Source: Gemmatimonadaceae bacterium
GTDB taxonomy: Bacteria; Gemmatimonadota; Gemmatimonadetes; Gemmatimonadales; Gemmatimonadaceae
Reading direction: 5' to 3'
Assembly (NCBI GenBank): GCA_045804245.1
Contig: JBJMNN010000196.1
Location: 4,665-68,664 of the forward strand
DNA: 64,000 nt
The position numbers and the translations under genes were made by a program. Of this stretch, positions 53,996 to 62,820 are shown in pieces (position 1 is the stretch's first letter; the number at the start of each line of letters is the position of its first letter). Under the pieces are notes generated by a model that made no database searches, was not told where the DNA came from, and worked only from the letters and a program-made list of their open reading frames with translations.

Positions 53996-55333
53996 ATGAA
54001 GTATGTGTATCGGGGCCGACAAATGCGAAAGCTGATCCGCGTCAAGCGCGTCGCCCTGGTCCTGGGCATTCTCCTGGTCAGTGTGCTGTCGCTGATCGGC
54101 ATCCTCTCCCTGACTCGCGGGACGCCGGTCAAAGCCGTCGTCGCGATCGGCGATCGCGAAGGACCGCCGGCGATCACCGACTCGCTTTTCTCGCAATCGA
54201 TGGAGCTGTACACCGGCCTGCATCTAACGCGCGGGAACGCCGCGCAGCAGATGCTGGACGGCGTGGGCACATATCCCCAGCTCTGGAAGGACCTGCGCGC
54301 GGCGAAGCGGACGATCACCGTGCAGATGTACTACTCGCAGCCCGGCGCAGTGGCGGACACGATGGCGGCCGTGCTGAAGGAGCGGGCTCGCGCCGGAGTG
54401 CGCGTGCTGTTCGTGCTCGACGCATTCGGCTCGCAGAACCTCAAGCAGGAGTGGGCGGACAGCCTGCGCGCGGCCGGCGTGGAGCTGGCGCTGCTGCGTC
54501 AGCTCCACTGGTACTCGCTGCACAACGCGAGCGACCGATCGCACGTGCGCGTCGTCGTGGTCGACGGCGAGATCGGCTACACGGGTGGCTTCGGGCTCGC
54601 CGACTACTGGCTCGGGGACGGGCGCCACAAGGATCAGTGGCGGGAGACGAACGTGCGCTTCGAGGGGCCCGCGGTGATGGGCCTCCAGGCAGCATTCGCC
54701 GCGGCGTGGGCCGAGTGCACGGGCGAGCTGATCTCCGGCGACATGTTCTTTCCGAAGCGGGCGTTCACCGACGTGGACGGCGGCGTGCGCGCCGGCCTGT
54801 TCTTCTCGTCGCCGACGGCGGGGAGCACGCCGGCGGAGCGCTACATCGCGCTGTCGATCGCGAGCGCGCGGAAGACGCTCTACGTCTCCAACTCGTACTT
54901 CGTCCCCGATGACGACTTCCGGAAGCTGCTGAAGCTAGCGCGGGCACGCGGCGTGGACGTCCGCATCCTCACGGTGAGCAAGGAGACGGACGTCAAGACG
55001 ACGTGGTGGGCGGGACGCTCACGCTACGAGGAACTGCTCCGCGCGGGGATCCGGATCTACGAGTATCAGCCGACGATGATGCACGCCAAGTCGTTCATCA
55101 TCGACGGTCTGTGGGGCTCGATCGGCTCGATGAACTTCGACAACCGTTCGCTCGCGTTCAACAACGAGTCGAACTTCACGTTCCTCGACCTGACGCTCGG
55201 CGCGCAGATGGACTCGACCTTCCAGGACGACCTGACGCGCTCGAAGGAGATCGTGCTGGCCGAGTTTCAGCGCCGGCCATGGTACGATCGCGTGGTCGAG
55301 TGGGGGGCGGCGGTGTTTTCGAGGCTGCTGTGA
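53996..55333 (+). CDS. cls: Cardiolipin synthase / phospholipase D-superfamily protein
   Basis: Tail of track ORF 53795..55333 (alternative start 54023). N-terminal TM segment. Second HKD motif 'HAKSFIIDGLWGSIGSMNFDNRS'. The first motif reads 'HVRVVVVDG', that is H-x-R-x4-D. Confidence 0.85.
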   Translation: MKYVYRGRQMRKLIRVKRVALVLGILLVSVLSLIGILSLTRGTPVKAVVAIGDREGPPAITDSLFSQSMELYTGLHLTRGNAAQQMLDGVGTYPQLWKDLRAAKRTITVQMYYSQPGAVADTMAAVLKERARAGVRVLFVLDAFGSQNLKQEWADSLRAAGVELALLRQLHWYSLHNASDRSHVRVVVVDGEIGYTGGFGLADYWLGDGRHKDQWRETNVRFEGPAVMGLQAAFAAAWAECTGELISGDMFFPKRAFTDVDGGVRAGLFFSSPTAGSTPAERYIALSIASARKTLYVSNSYFVPDDDFRKLLKLARARGVDVRILTVSKETDVKTTWWAGRSRYEELLRAGIRIYEYQPTMMHAKSFIIDGLWGSIGSMNFDNRSLAFNNESNFTFLDLTLGAQMDSTFQDDLTRSKEIVLAEFQRRPWYDRVVEWGAAVFSRLL

Positions 55334-55438
55334 GGCAGCGAGTGAGGTGGTGAGATGGTGGGTTGATGGGAAACGGCCTCGGGAAGTTCCTGCTTCCCGA
55401 GGCCGTCAACTCACGATCCCACCCTCCAACCAACCAAC

Positions 55439-55996
55439 TCACCGAATGTCTGCTCTCCCTAGTGCCGCGCGCACCGCTTCGCGCATTGCGACGAGCGCTT
55501 CGTCGCGCGCGGCGGGGGCGTCGTCGCGGACGTGGATCTCGATGCCGTCGGCGACCGGGACGCGGCGCCAGCTGGCGGAGCGCTCCTCGTCGGTGTCGCG
55601 CACGGTCTGATCGGCGCCGGCCCCGAGCGCGGGCGCGAGCGAGGCCGCCACGCGGCGCTCGAGCGCGTCGCCGGTGACGTCCTTCATCTCTTTCTTGATT
55701 CCCTCGAGCGTCGCGCCCTCGCGCTGGCGGATCTTGATGGAGAGGAGCTGAAGCAGGTGCCGGTAGTTGTAGGTGGCCGCGGTGCCAGCGCCTTCCGGAC
55801 GATCGAGCAAACCGCTCGCGACGTAGAACCGGACCGAACGGGCGCTCGGCGCGACGCGCGCGGAGGCGTTGGTCGGGCGGATGCCCGCGGCGTCAACGAG
55901 CGCAGTGACGTGGGCAGCGAGTCCGCGCGCGTTCCAGGGGGCGTGGCGCGAGTGGGCGCGCAGCAGCGCGACGGGAGTCATCGAGGAATCCGGCAT
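55439..55996 (-). CDS. Hypothetical protein with a probable MerR-type helix-turn-helix
   Basis: Tail of track ORF 55439..56266 from ATG 55996. 'RSVRFYVASGLLDRPEG…YNYRHLLQLLSIKIRQ' resembles a MerR HTH/wing. Confidence 0.4.
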   Translation of the reverse strand: MPDSSMTPVALLRAHSRHAPWNARGLAAHVTALVDAAGIRPTNASARVAPSARSVRFYVASGLLDRPEGAGTAATYNYRHLLQLLSIKIRQREGATLEGIKKEMKDVTGDALERRVAASLAPALGAGADQTVRDTDEERSASWRRVPVADGIEIHVRDDAPAARDEALVAMREAVRAALGRADIR

Positions 55997-56063
55997 AGGC
56001 GGCGGAAGATAACGAACGCCTTCAGCCGATGTGAGCCGATGTCGCGATCCAGTCGTGGAAGCG

Positions 56064-57065
56064 TCAGGCCATCGCGAGGTGCGATCCACCAGAGCCGGAC
56101 CAGCGTCGAGCCCGCTCGAGGAACGAGCGCAGCGCCGCGTTGAACTCGTCGGGCCGCTCGTCGTGCGGCAGATCACCAGCGTCCTGCACGAGCGACCACT
56201 CGAGATCGTGCTTGATGACACGGAACGCGTGTGCGCGCTCGACCGAGTTCTCGCGCGCGAGGTCACCCCACAGCAGCAGCGTCGGTTGGCGGACCCGGCG
56301 CAGTGCCGCGCGTACGTCGACGTTGAGCTTCCCGCTCAGCAGCGCGGCGATGGCGTGCTTGCCGCCCGGTCGGCGTGCCATGCGCACGTAGTGCTGCACG
56401 AGCGCGGGCGTGACCATACGGTCGTCGACGTAGACACTCTCGAGACGGCGGCGCATCCTCGCCGGCGAGGTGAGCCCGTTGTAGATCGTGTTTCCCACGA
56501 ACGGCGCGCCGAGCAGCAGCCGCCGCGTCACACTCGCCGATGGCGTCGGGTCGCGCATGTAGGCGACGCCGGTCGGCGCGACGAGCGCCACGGCGGCGAT
56601 GTGCCGCGGATCGCGGCCGGCGAGCGCGACGAGCTGCGCGGCGGTGAGTCCGCTCGCCACGACGGCGCATGGCTCGCGGACGACCTGTGCGACGAGATCG
56701 CCGAGCAGTGCCTGATACAGGCCGGGGGTGTAGCGCGCGGCGGGTCGATCGGAACGACCGAAGCCGAGCAGGTCGACGGCGACGACGCGATGGTGCTCGG
56801 CCAACGCGGGCACGACGTGACGCCACTCGAACGATGAAGCGCCCGGATAGATCCCGTGAAGGAGCAGCACGGGCCTGCCTTCGCCATGCCGCGTCAGAGC
56901 GATGCGGTGACCGCGCCAACGGAACTCGTCCGGTTCGCCGCCAAGGACGTCGTCCGCCAACTCCCGGGTCGACGCCGCGTTGTACAACGCGGCTGCACCG
57001 AGCGCCGCACCACCGACCACCGCCGTCTTACGCCACCGCATTGCCATCGCCTCCTGCTCCCTCAC
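56064..57065 (-). CDS. Alpha/beta hydrolase
   Basis: Track ORF, 333 aa. 'PVLLLHGIYPGASSFEW', 'VDLLGFGRSD'. The nucleophile elbow is atypical ('VVASGLTA'). Confidence 0.7.
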   Translation of the reverse strand: MREQEAMAMRWRKTAVVGGAALGAAALYNAASTRELADDVLGGEPDEFRWRGHRIALTRHGEGRPVLLLHGIYPGASSFEWRHVVPALAEHHRVVAVDLLGFGRSDRPAARYTPGLYQALLGDLVAQVVREPCAVVASGLTAAQLVALAGRDPRHIAAVALVAPTGVAYMRDPTPSASVTRRLLLGAPFVGNTIYNGLTSPARMRRRLESVYVDDRMVTPALVQHYVRMARRPGGKHAIAALLSGKLNVDVRAALRRVRQPTLLLWGDLARENSVERAHAFRVIKHDLEWSLVQDAGDLPHDERPDEFNAALRSFLERARRWSGSGGSHLAMA

Positions 57066-57230
57066 CGTACACGATCATTCCTGCGCCATCGATCGGCGCA
57101 TCTCATGTACGACCAACCGTGCGGAAAGTGTCTCCGTCACGCGCCATTCGTACACGCTCCTCTCCGGAGCATTGACGCACGAGGGGGCCGGCGCGCAAAC
57201 ACGTCACGGCGGCCCGGGAGTGCGCAGCGA

Positions 57231-58379
57231 TCACGCGCTCGCGAGCGGGAGCACGACGGTGGCGGTCGTGCCGCGCTCGGGGGCACTCTCGAGCGAGATC
57301 GTGCCGCCGTGCTCCTCGACGATGCGCTGGCAGAGCGCGAGGCCGATCCCGGTGCCACCCGGCTTGGTGGAGAAGAAGATCTCGAACACGCGCGGGAGCA
57401 CGTCCGGCGGGATGGCCGCGCCGCCGTTGTGCAGGCGGCAGCGCCACATGCCGGTGGAGAGCACGCTCGACGTAAGCGTCAGGTCGCTCGCTTCGGGCGC
57501 GGCGTCGGTGGCGTTGGCGAGCAGGTTGACGAACACCTGCGCGAGCTGCTGCGGGTCGATCGCGCACGTGGCGCGCGTGGCGCGTGTGCGCTCGAGCAGG
57601 ATGGCACGGCTCTCGAGGAGCCCACGCTGACTCTCGAGCACCTCGTCCCACACGTCGTCGGGGTCGCCGGTCTCGAGACGGATCGGGCTGGGACGTCCGT
57701 ACTCGAGCAGCGACGTCACCATGCTGTTCAGCCGTTCCACCTCACGCAGGATGCGCCCGACGTTCTTCTCGACGACGGGATCGTCCTTGACGCGGAAGCG
57801 GAGCAACTGCGCGGCGGAGGAGATGCCGAACAACGGATTGCGCAACCCGTGGGCGACGCCGGCCGATATCTCGCCGATCGCCTCGAGACGACGCTTGTGC
57901 TCGAGCCGCTGAACGAGGCGCGCTCGCTCGACGGCGGCGGCCGTCTGGGCAGCGACCGTGGCGAGCACGCGGCGTGACTCCTCGACGCGATCCGGCGCGA
58001 GTGGGCCTGACGTGAGTGTGATCGCGCCGAGCACTCCGCCATCGCTCTTCATCGGCGCCGTGAGCTCGATGGCGTCGGCCGAGGCATGCGACACCACCTC
58101 GCCGGTGTGGAGCGCCTCGGTCCAGACGGGCGTCAGCCGCGTGGTGATGGCCGCTTCATCGTCGGCAAAGCCCGAGTGATGGACGAGACGCAGTGCCGCC
58201 GTCTCACCGTCGGCCAACGCGACGGCGACCGCGTCGCCCGCCACGCTGCGGCGAAGCTGCTGCACCACCTCCTGAACGACGCGGTCGACGCTGATGGGCC
58301 GCGCCAACGCCATCCCCGTGTCGATGAGAACCTCGCGCCACCGATGGGCGTCGAGCAGCTGGCGCTCGAGAGACGTCAT
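57231..58379 (-). CDS. Cytoplasmic GAF-domain sensor histidine kinase (orphan)
   Basis: Track ORF 57231..58424 trimmed to ATG 58379. H-box 'AGVAHGLRNPL', N-box 'NLLANATDA', G-boxes 'STKPGGTGIGLALC'. Confidence 0.85.
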   Translation of the reverse strand: MTSLERQLLDAHRWREVLIDTGMALARPISVDRVVQEVVQQLRRSVAGDAVAVALADGETAALRLVHHSGFADDEAAITTRLTPVWTEALHTGEVVSHASADAIELTAPMKSDGGVLGAITLTSGPLAPDRVEESRRVLATVAAQTAAAVERARLVQRLEHKRRLEAIGEISAGVAHGLRNPLFGISSAAQLLRFRVKDDPVVEKNVGRILREVERLNSMVTSLLEYGRPSPIRLETGDPDDVWDEVLESQRGLLESRAILLERTRATRATCAIDPQQLAQVFVNLLANATDAAPEASDLTLTSSVLSTGMWRCRLHNGGAAIPPDVLPRVFEIFFSTKPGGTGIGLALCQRIVEEHGGTISLESAPERGTTATVVLPLASA

Positions 58380-58481
58380 GAGCGGAATGTTACGAGACGG
58401 CGACGAGGGATGGAAGCAAAACACCGGAGGGCGTGACCTGGTTCGCCACGCCCTCCGGTGCGGAACGCGACCACGCAGCGC

Positions 58482-59291
58482 TCAGCGCCGCCGGCCCCCG
58501 CTCTTCTTGACTGCCTTCTTCGCGCCGCCCTTCTTGGCCGTGCTCTTCTTCGCGGCACCCTTCTTCGCGGCACCCTTTCTGGCCGAGCTCTTCCTGGCCG
58601 CCTTCTTCGCGCCTCCCCCTGATTTCTTCGCGGAGGCCTTCTTGGCGACTCCCTTCTTCGCCGCACCCTTCCGGGCACCGCCCGACTTGGCGGCGCTCTT
58701 CGTAGCCGCGGACTTTCTGGCCGGCGCGGCCTTCTTTGCGCCACCGCCGGACTTGGAGGCGGCCTTCTTCGCGGCGCCGCCACCCATCCGGGCACCGGAC
58801 GCTCGCGCAGGCTCCTCGAACACATTGCCCCGCACGACGGCACTCTTGCCGCCCGGAGGCTCGGCCGTAGCCGGATGCTTGGCGGCCGTCACGGGCGTCT
58901 TGGCAGCCGCGTTGCCGGCGCCGACACCAGCGCCACCGCCGGCGCCGCCAGCAGCTCCAGCGCCACTCCTGCCGGCCCCTCCCGCAGCACCGCCACCAGC
59001 GGGACGGCCCGCCGAGCGCGGGGCGCGCGCTACGACGAGGGGGCTTTCCTCCTCCTCGTCATCGCCCTCGACGACCGGGGTGCCGAGCCCTTCCTCTTCC
59101 TCCTCGTCCGAGTCGTCAGTGCTGTCCCAGAGGTCGTCGCTGTCGTCCTTGTGGGTGGTCCAGCCGCCATCCTCTTCGTCGTCGTCGTCGTAGGACGACC
59201 CGCCGCCCCCGCCACCATAGCCAAGATCGTCGACGTCATCGTCGCGATCGGAGAATCGGAGCTCGTCGTTCACCTCGTCACCGCGCGGCAT
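58482..59291 (-). CDS. Low-complexity, charge-segregated protein: polyacidic N-terminus, Gly/Ala-rich middle, histone-H1-like AKK-repeat C-terminus (269 aa)
   Basis: Tail of track ORF 58482..59384 from the ATG at 59289-59291, which has a consensus AGGAGG 5 nt upstream. By my count, 37 of the first 87 residues are Asp/Glu. The last ~90 residues are (G/A/S)AKK repeats. Confidence 0.6.
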   Translation of the reverse strand: MPRGDEVNDELRFSDRDDDVDDLGYGGGGGGSSYDDDDEEDGGWTTHKDDSDDLWDSTDDSDEEEEEGLGTPVVEGDDEEEESPLVVARAPRSAGRPAGGGAAGGAGRSGAGAAGGAGGGAGVGAGNAAAKTPVTAAKHPATAEPPGGKSAVVRGNVFEEPARASGARMGGGAAKKAASKSGGGAKKAAPARKSAATKSAAKSGGARKGAAKKGVAKKASAKKSGGGAKKAARKSSARKGAAKKGAAKKSTAKKGGAKKAVKKSGGRRR

Positions 59292-59480
59292 CACCGCCTC
59301 CTGTGGAGATAGGAAAGTCGGACCAACGAATCGCCGGCAATGCGGAGTGCAGGACGTGCGACCCGCGCGGCGCGCGCTGCACACCGTATGCCCTGCGCTG
59401 GACGATCGTCGGCATCACCGCACGTCACCCACGTCGGGTGTCGCGCAGACGACTTCGTGCATGACCACCCTTGTAAGGCC

Positions 59481-59513
59481 GCGCGCGGAATCCGTCAAGC
59501 GAATTCCGCGCGC
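59481..59513 (-). terminator. Hairpin after the RND transporter gene
   Basis: 11-bp perfect arms GCGCGCGGAAT / ATTCCGCGCGC with an 11-nt loop. No clear U tract. Confidence 0.5.
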
Positions 59514-59553
59514 TGGTGTTTCGCCGACGCGTAGTGCGCGATGCGCTGCTATG

Positions 59554-62500
59554 TCAGTCGCCGGCGGTGGGGGCAGGGGCGGGAGCGCGTCCGGGGATGG
59601 GCGTCGAGGTCGCCACCGCCGCATCGTGATCGCTCGCGCTGGTGAGCCGCGCGCTCACCCAGCTGCCGAGATCGTCGAGGAAGGTGTACATCACCGGCAC
59701 GACGAACAGCGTGAGCATGGTGGAGGTGATGAGCCCTCCGATGACGGCGCGCGCCATGGGGGCGCGCTGCTCGGCGCCGGCACCGATGGCCAGTGCCAGC
59801 GGGATCATGCCGAAGATCATGGCCACGGTCGTCATGATGATTGGCCGCAGGCGGATGCGGCCGGCGGCGAGCAGCGAGTCCGCGCGCCCCTTCCCGTCGG
59901 CGCGCAGCTGGTTGGTGAAGTCGACGAGCAGGATGCCGTTCTTGGTCACGAGCCCCATGAGCATGATGATGCCGATCATCGTCATCACGTTCAGGTTGCC
60001 GCGGGTGAGGAGCAGGGCGAGGGCGACGCCGATGAAGCTGAGCGGCAGCGCCAGCATGATCGCCAGCGGCTGGAGGAAGGAGCCGAAGAGCGACGCGAGG
60101 ATCAGATAAATGAAGACGACGGCGAGCATGAGCGCCTCGAGTACGTAGCCCTTGGTCTCCTCGAGGCTCTGGACGTCGCCGCCGAACTCCGTGTGATAGC
60201 CGGGCGGAAGCCCGAGGGCGTCGATCGTCTGCTGGACGGCACGCGCCACGTCACCGAGGGCGAAGCCCGGAAGCACGCCGGCGGAGAGGGTGACCTGCTG
60301 CTCGAGCTGACGCCGTTCGATCTGCTGCGGACCGACACCGGCGCGCACGTCCGCCACCTGGGCGAGGGGCACCATCGACGGCAGTCCGTTCGCACCGTTG
60401 AAGGTGGAGGCGACGGGCAGCCCCGAGACGTCCGCCGCCGAGGTGCGCAGCGAGTCGGGGAAGACGACGACCACGTCGTGCGAGAAGCCCTGCGGATCCT
60501 CCCACGTGGTGACGCGCGAGCCGCTGAACAGCGGCTGGAGCGTGGACGCCACCGCGCCGACGCCGAGGCCGGCGCGCCAGGCCTCCTGCCGGTCGACACG
60601 CACGTCGAGCTGCGGGATGTCGCCCTCCTCGCTCGAGTTGGGCTCGGCAACGCCGTTCACGTTGCGGACGGCCTGCAGGGTGCGGTCGGCGACCATCTTG
60701 AGGCGCGTCGGCTCCGGGCCCTGCACGCTCACCTGGATTGGCGGGCGGAAGCCGCCGAAGATCGAGCGCTGCCCCTGGATCTGCGGGCGCACGCCGGGAA
60801 TCTGGCGCAGCTTGCCGCGCAGATCGTTCTGGATCTCCGAGAGCTCGCGCTTGCGGTCGTGCTTGAGCGAGACGAAGACCTGGCCCTGGTTGGGCGAGCC
60901 GCGGAAGCCGCCACCGACCGAGAGGTAGGTGAAGTCGGTCTCCGGCTGCTTGAGCAGGAAGTTGGCGATCTCGCGTCCGCGATCGACGGTGTATTCGAGG
61001 CGCGACCCCGGCGGGGTGCGGAAGCTCACGGTGAACTCGTCGCCGTTGACGTCGGGGAGCCAGGTGAAGCCCAGCTTCGGGAGGATCAGGAAGCTGGCGA
61101 CGATGGTCGAGGCGGCGACGGCGAGGACGGTCAGCCGGTGCGAGAGCGCCCACCCAAGCCCGCGCGGATAGCGGTCGGCCATCCGCTCGAACCAGTCGTT
61201 GAACGCGAAGGCGACGCGACGGATCGGGTTCGCCTTCCTGCGCTGCGCCGCCTGGTGCTCGCCGCCGTCGTTGGCGCTGTGCTCGATCTCGGGATCGGCC
61301 CACACGCTCGACAGCATCGGATCGAGCGTGAAGCTGACGAACAGCGAGACGAGCACGGCGAAGGTGACCGTGACGCCGAACTGGAAGAAGATCTTGCCGA
61401 TGACGCCGCCCATGAAGGCGACGGGTATGAACACGGCGACCACGGCGAACGTCGTTGCCATGACGGCGAGGCCGATCTCGTCGGTGCCCTCCTTGGCGGC
61501 GAGATCGTGCGCTTTTCCCATCTCGAGATGGCGTACGATGTTCTCGCGCACGACGATCGCATCGTCGATCAGGAGCCCGATCGCGAGCGACAGCGCGAGC
61601 AGGGTCATGGTGTTCACGGTAAAGTCGAACACCCACATGATGAAGAACGCGCTGATGATCGACACCGGCAGCGTGAGGCCGGTGATGACGGTCGACCGCC
61701 AGGAGTTGAGGAACAGGTAGATGATCATCACGGTGAGCGTGGCACCGAGCACGATCGACAGCTGCACGTCGGCGAGCGACTCGCGGATGCGGCGCGAGTC
61801 GTCGCGGATGACGGTCATCTTGATGTCGTTCGGCAGCTGGCGCTCGAGCTCACCGACCACGTTGCGCACGGCATCGGCGACGGCGACGGTGTTGGAGCCC
61901 GAGATCTTCAGCACCTCGAGCGACACCGCCGAGGCGAAGCCGGACGGATCGCTGATCTCGGCGGCCGTCCGGCGTTCTTCGGCGCCATCGACCACCTTCG
62001 CGACGTCACCGATACGGATCGGCGTGCCGTTGCGCACGGCGACCGGGATGTCGGCGAATGCGGCCGGATCGGTGATGCGTCCCGTGACGCGTACGAGCCG
62101 CTCGGTCGCCCCGCGCTCGATGCGGCCGGCCGGCACCTCCTGGTTCTCCCGCTGGAGCGCGGTGGAGAGCTGCGAGGGAGAGAGCCCGTAGGCGTTGAGA
62201 GCGACGGGATCCACCTGCACCCGGATCTGGCGCGGGTTGCCGCCGACCACGTTGACGCCGCCGACCCCTTCGATCGCCTCGATGCGCGTCTGCACGACCT
62301 CGATCGCCAAGTCGGTGATCTCGCGGATCGACCGCTCGTTCGACCGCAGGGCGATCGACATGATCGGCTGCTCGTTGGGGTCGAAGTGCTGGATGATCGG
62401 TTCCTGAATGTCCTGGGGCAGCTGGCGACGGATGCGCGCCACCTTGGCCTGCACGTCCTGCTGCGCGACGGCCACGTTCACACCCAGGTTGAACTGCAGG

Positions 62501-62775
62501 CGGACGATCGAGACGCCCTCGAGCGAGGTGGAGGTGATCTCCTTGATCCCCTGCACGGTGTTGAGCGCTTCCTCGATCGGCTTCGAGATCTCGCGCATCT
62601 TCACCTCGGGCGAGGCACCGGGATACGTCGTCTGGGCGACGACGACCGGGTAGGTGATGTCGGGATACTCATCGATGGCGAGGCGCTTGTAGCTGACGAC
62701 GCCGAGCACGACGAGCGCCACCATCATCATGGTGGCGAACACGGGCCGCTTGATCGAGACGTCTGAGAGGATCAT
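59554..62775 (-). CDS. RND-family efflux transporter, inner-membrane permease (AcrB/HAE1-like)
   Basis: Track ORF, 1073 aa. 'SIKRPVFATMMM', and 12-TM architecture with two large periplasmic loops. Confidence 0.92.
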   Translation of the reverse strand: MILSDVSIKRPVFATMMMVALVVLGVVSYKRLAIDEYPDITYPVVVAQTTYPGASPEVKMREISKPIEEALNTVQGIKEITSTSLEGVSIVRLQFNLGVNVAVAQQDVQAKVARIRRQLPQDIQEPIIQHFDPNEQPIMSIALRSNERSIREITDLAIEVVQTRIEAIEGVGGVNVVGGNPRQIRVQVDPVALNAYGLSPSQLSTALQRENQEVPAGRIERGATERLVRVTGRITDPAAFADIPVAVRNGTPIRIGDVAKVVDGAEERRTAAEISDPSGFASAVSLEVLKISGSNTVAVADAVRNVVGELERQLPNDIKMTVIRDDSRRIRESLADVQLSIVLGATLTVMIIYLFLNSWRSTVITGLTLPVSIISAFFIMWVFDFTVNTMTLLALSLAIGLLIDDAIVVRENIVRHLEMGKAHDLAAKEGTDEIGLAVMATTFAVVAVFIPVAFMGGVIGKIFFQFGVTVTFAVLVSLFVSFTLDPMLSSVWADPEIEHSANDGGEHQAAQRRKANPIRRVAFAFNDWFERMADRYPRGLGWALSHRLTVLAVAASTIVASFLILPKLGFTWLPDVNGDEFTVSFRTPPGSRLEYTVDRGREIANFLLKQPETDFTYLSVGGGFRGSPNQGQVFVSLKHDRKRELSEIQNDLRGKLRQIPGVRPQIQGQRSIFGGFRPPIQVSVQGPEPTRLKMVADRTLQAVRNVNGVAEPNSSEEGDIPQLDVRVDRQEAWRAGLGVGAVASTLQPLFSGSRVTTWEDPQGFSHDVVVVFPDSLRTSAADVSGLPVASTFNGANGLPSMVPLAQVADVRAGVGPQQIERRQLEQQVTLSAGVLPGFALGDVARAVQQTIDALGLPPGYHTEFGGDVQSLEETKGYVLEALMLAVVFIYLILASLFGSFLQPLAIMLALPLSFIGVALALLLTRGNLNVMTMIGIIMLMGLVTKNGILLVDFTNQLRADGKGRADSLLAAGRIRLRPIIMTTVAMIFGMIPLALAIGAGAEQRAPMARAVIGGLITSTMLTLFVVPVMYTFLDDLGSWVSARLTSASDHDAAVATSTPIPGRAPAPAPTAGD

Positions 62776-62820
62776 CGGAACACCTGGTACTGGATGGTCG
62801 GGCGCGTGGCGCCCGCGCGC

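Noticed and set aside
58500-58760. Short GC-rich tandem and quasi-repeats (also at 33000-33130), considered as a possible CRISPR or VNTR locus
   Set aside because: Unit lengths are 12-15 nt with no spacers, and they are in frame inside AKK/GAKR-repeat coding sequence. They are coding low-complexity sequence, not a CRISPR array.
59347-62766. 1139-aa plus-strand ORF
   Set aside because: It is antisense to the well-supported RND permease gene. Its composition is dominated by D/E/R/G/H runs with no transmembrane or domain signature.
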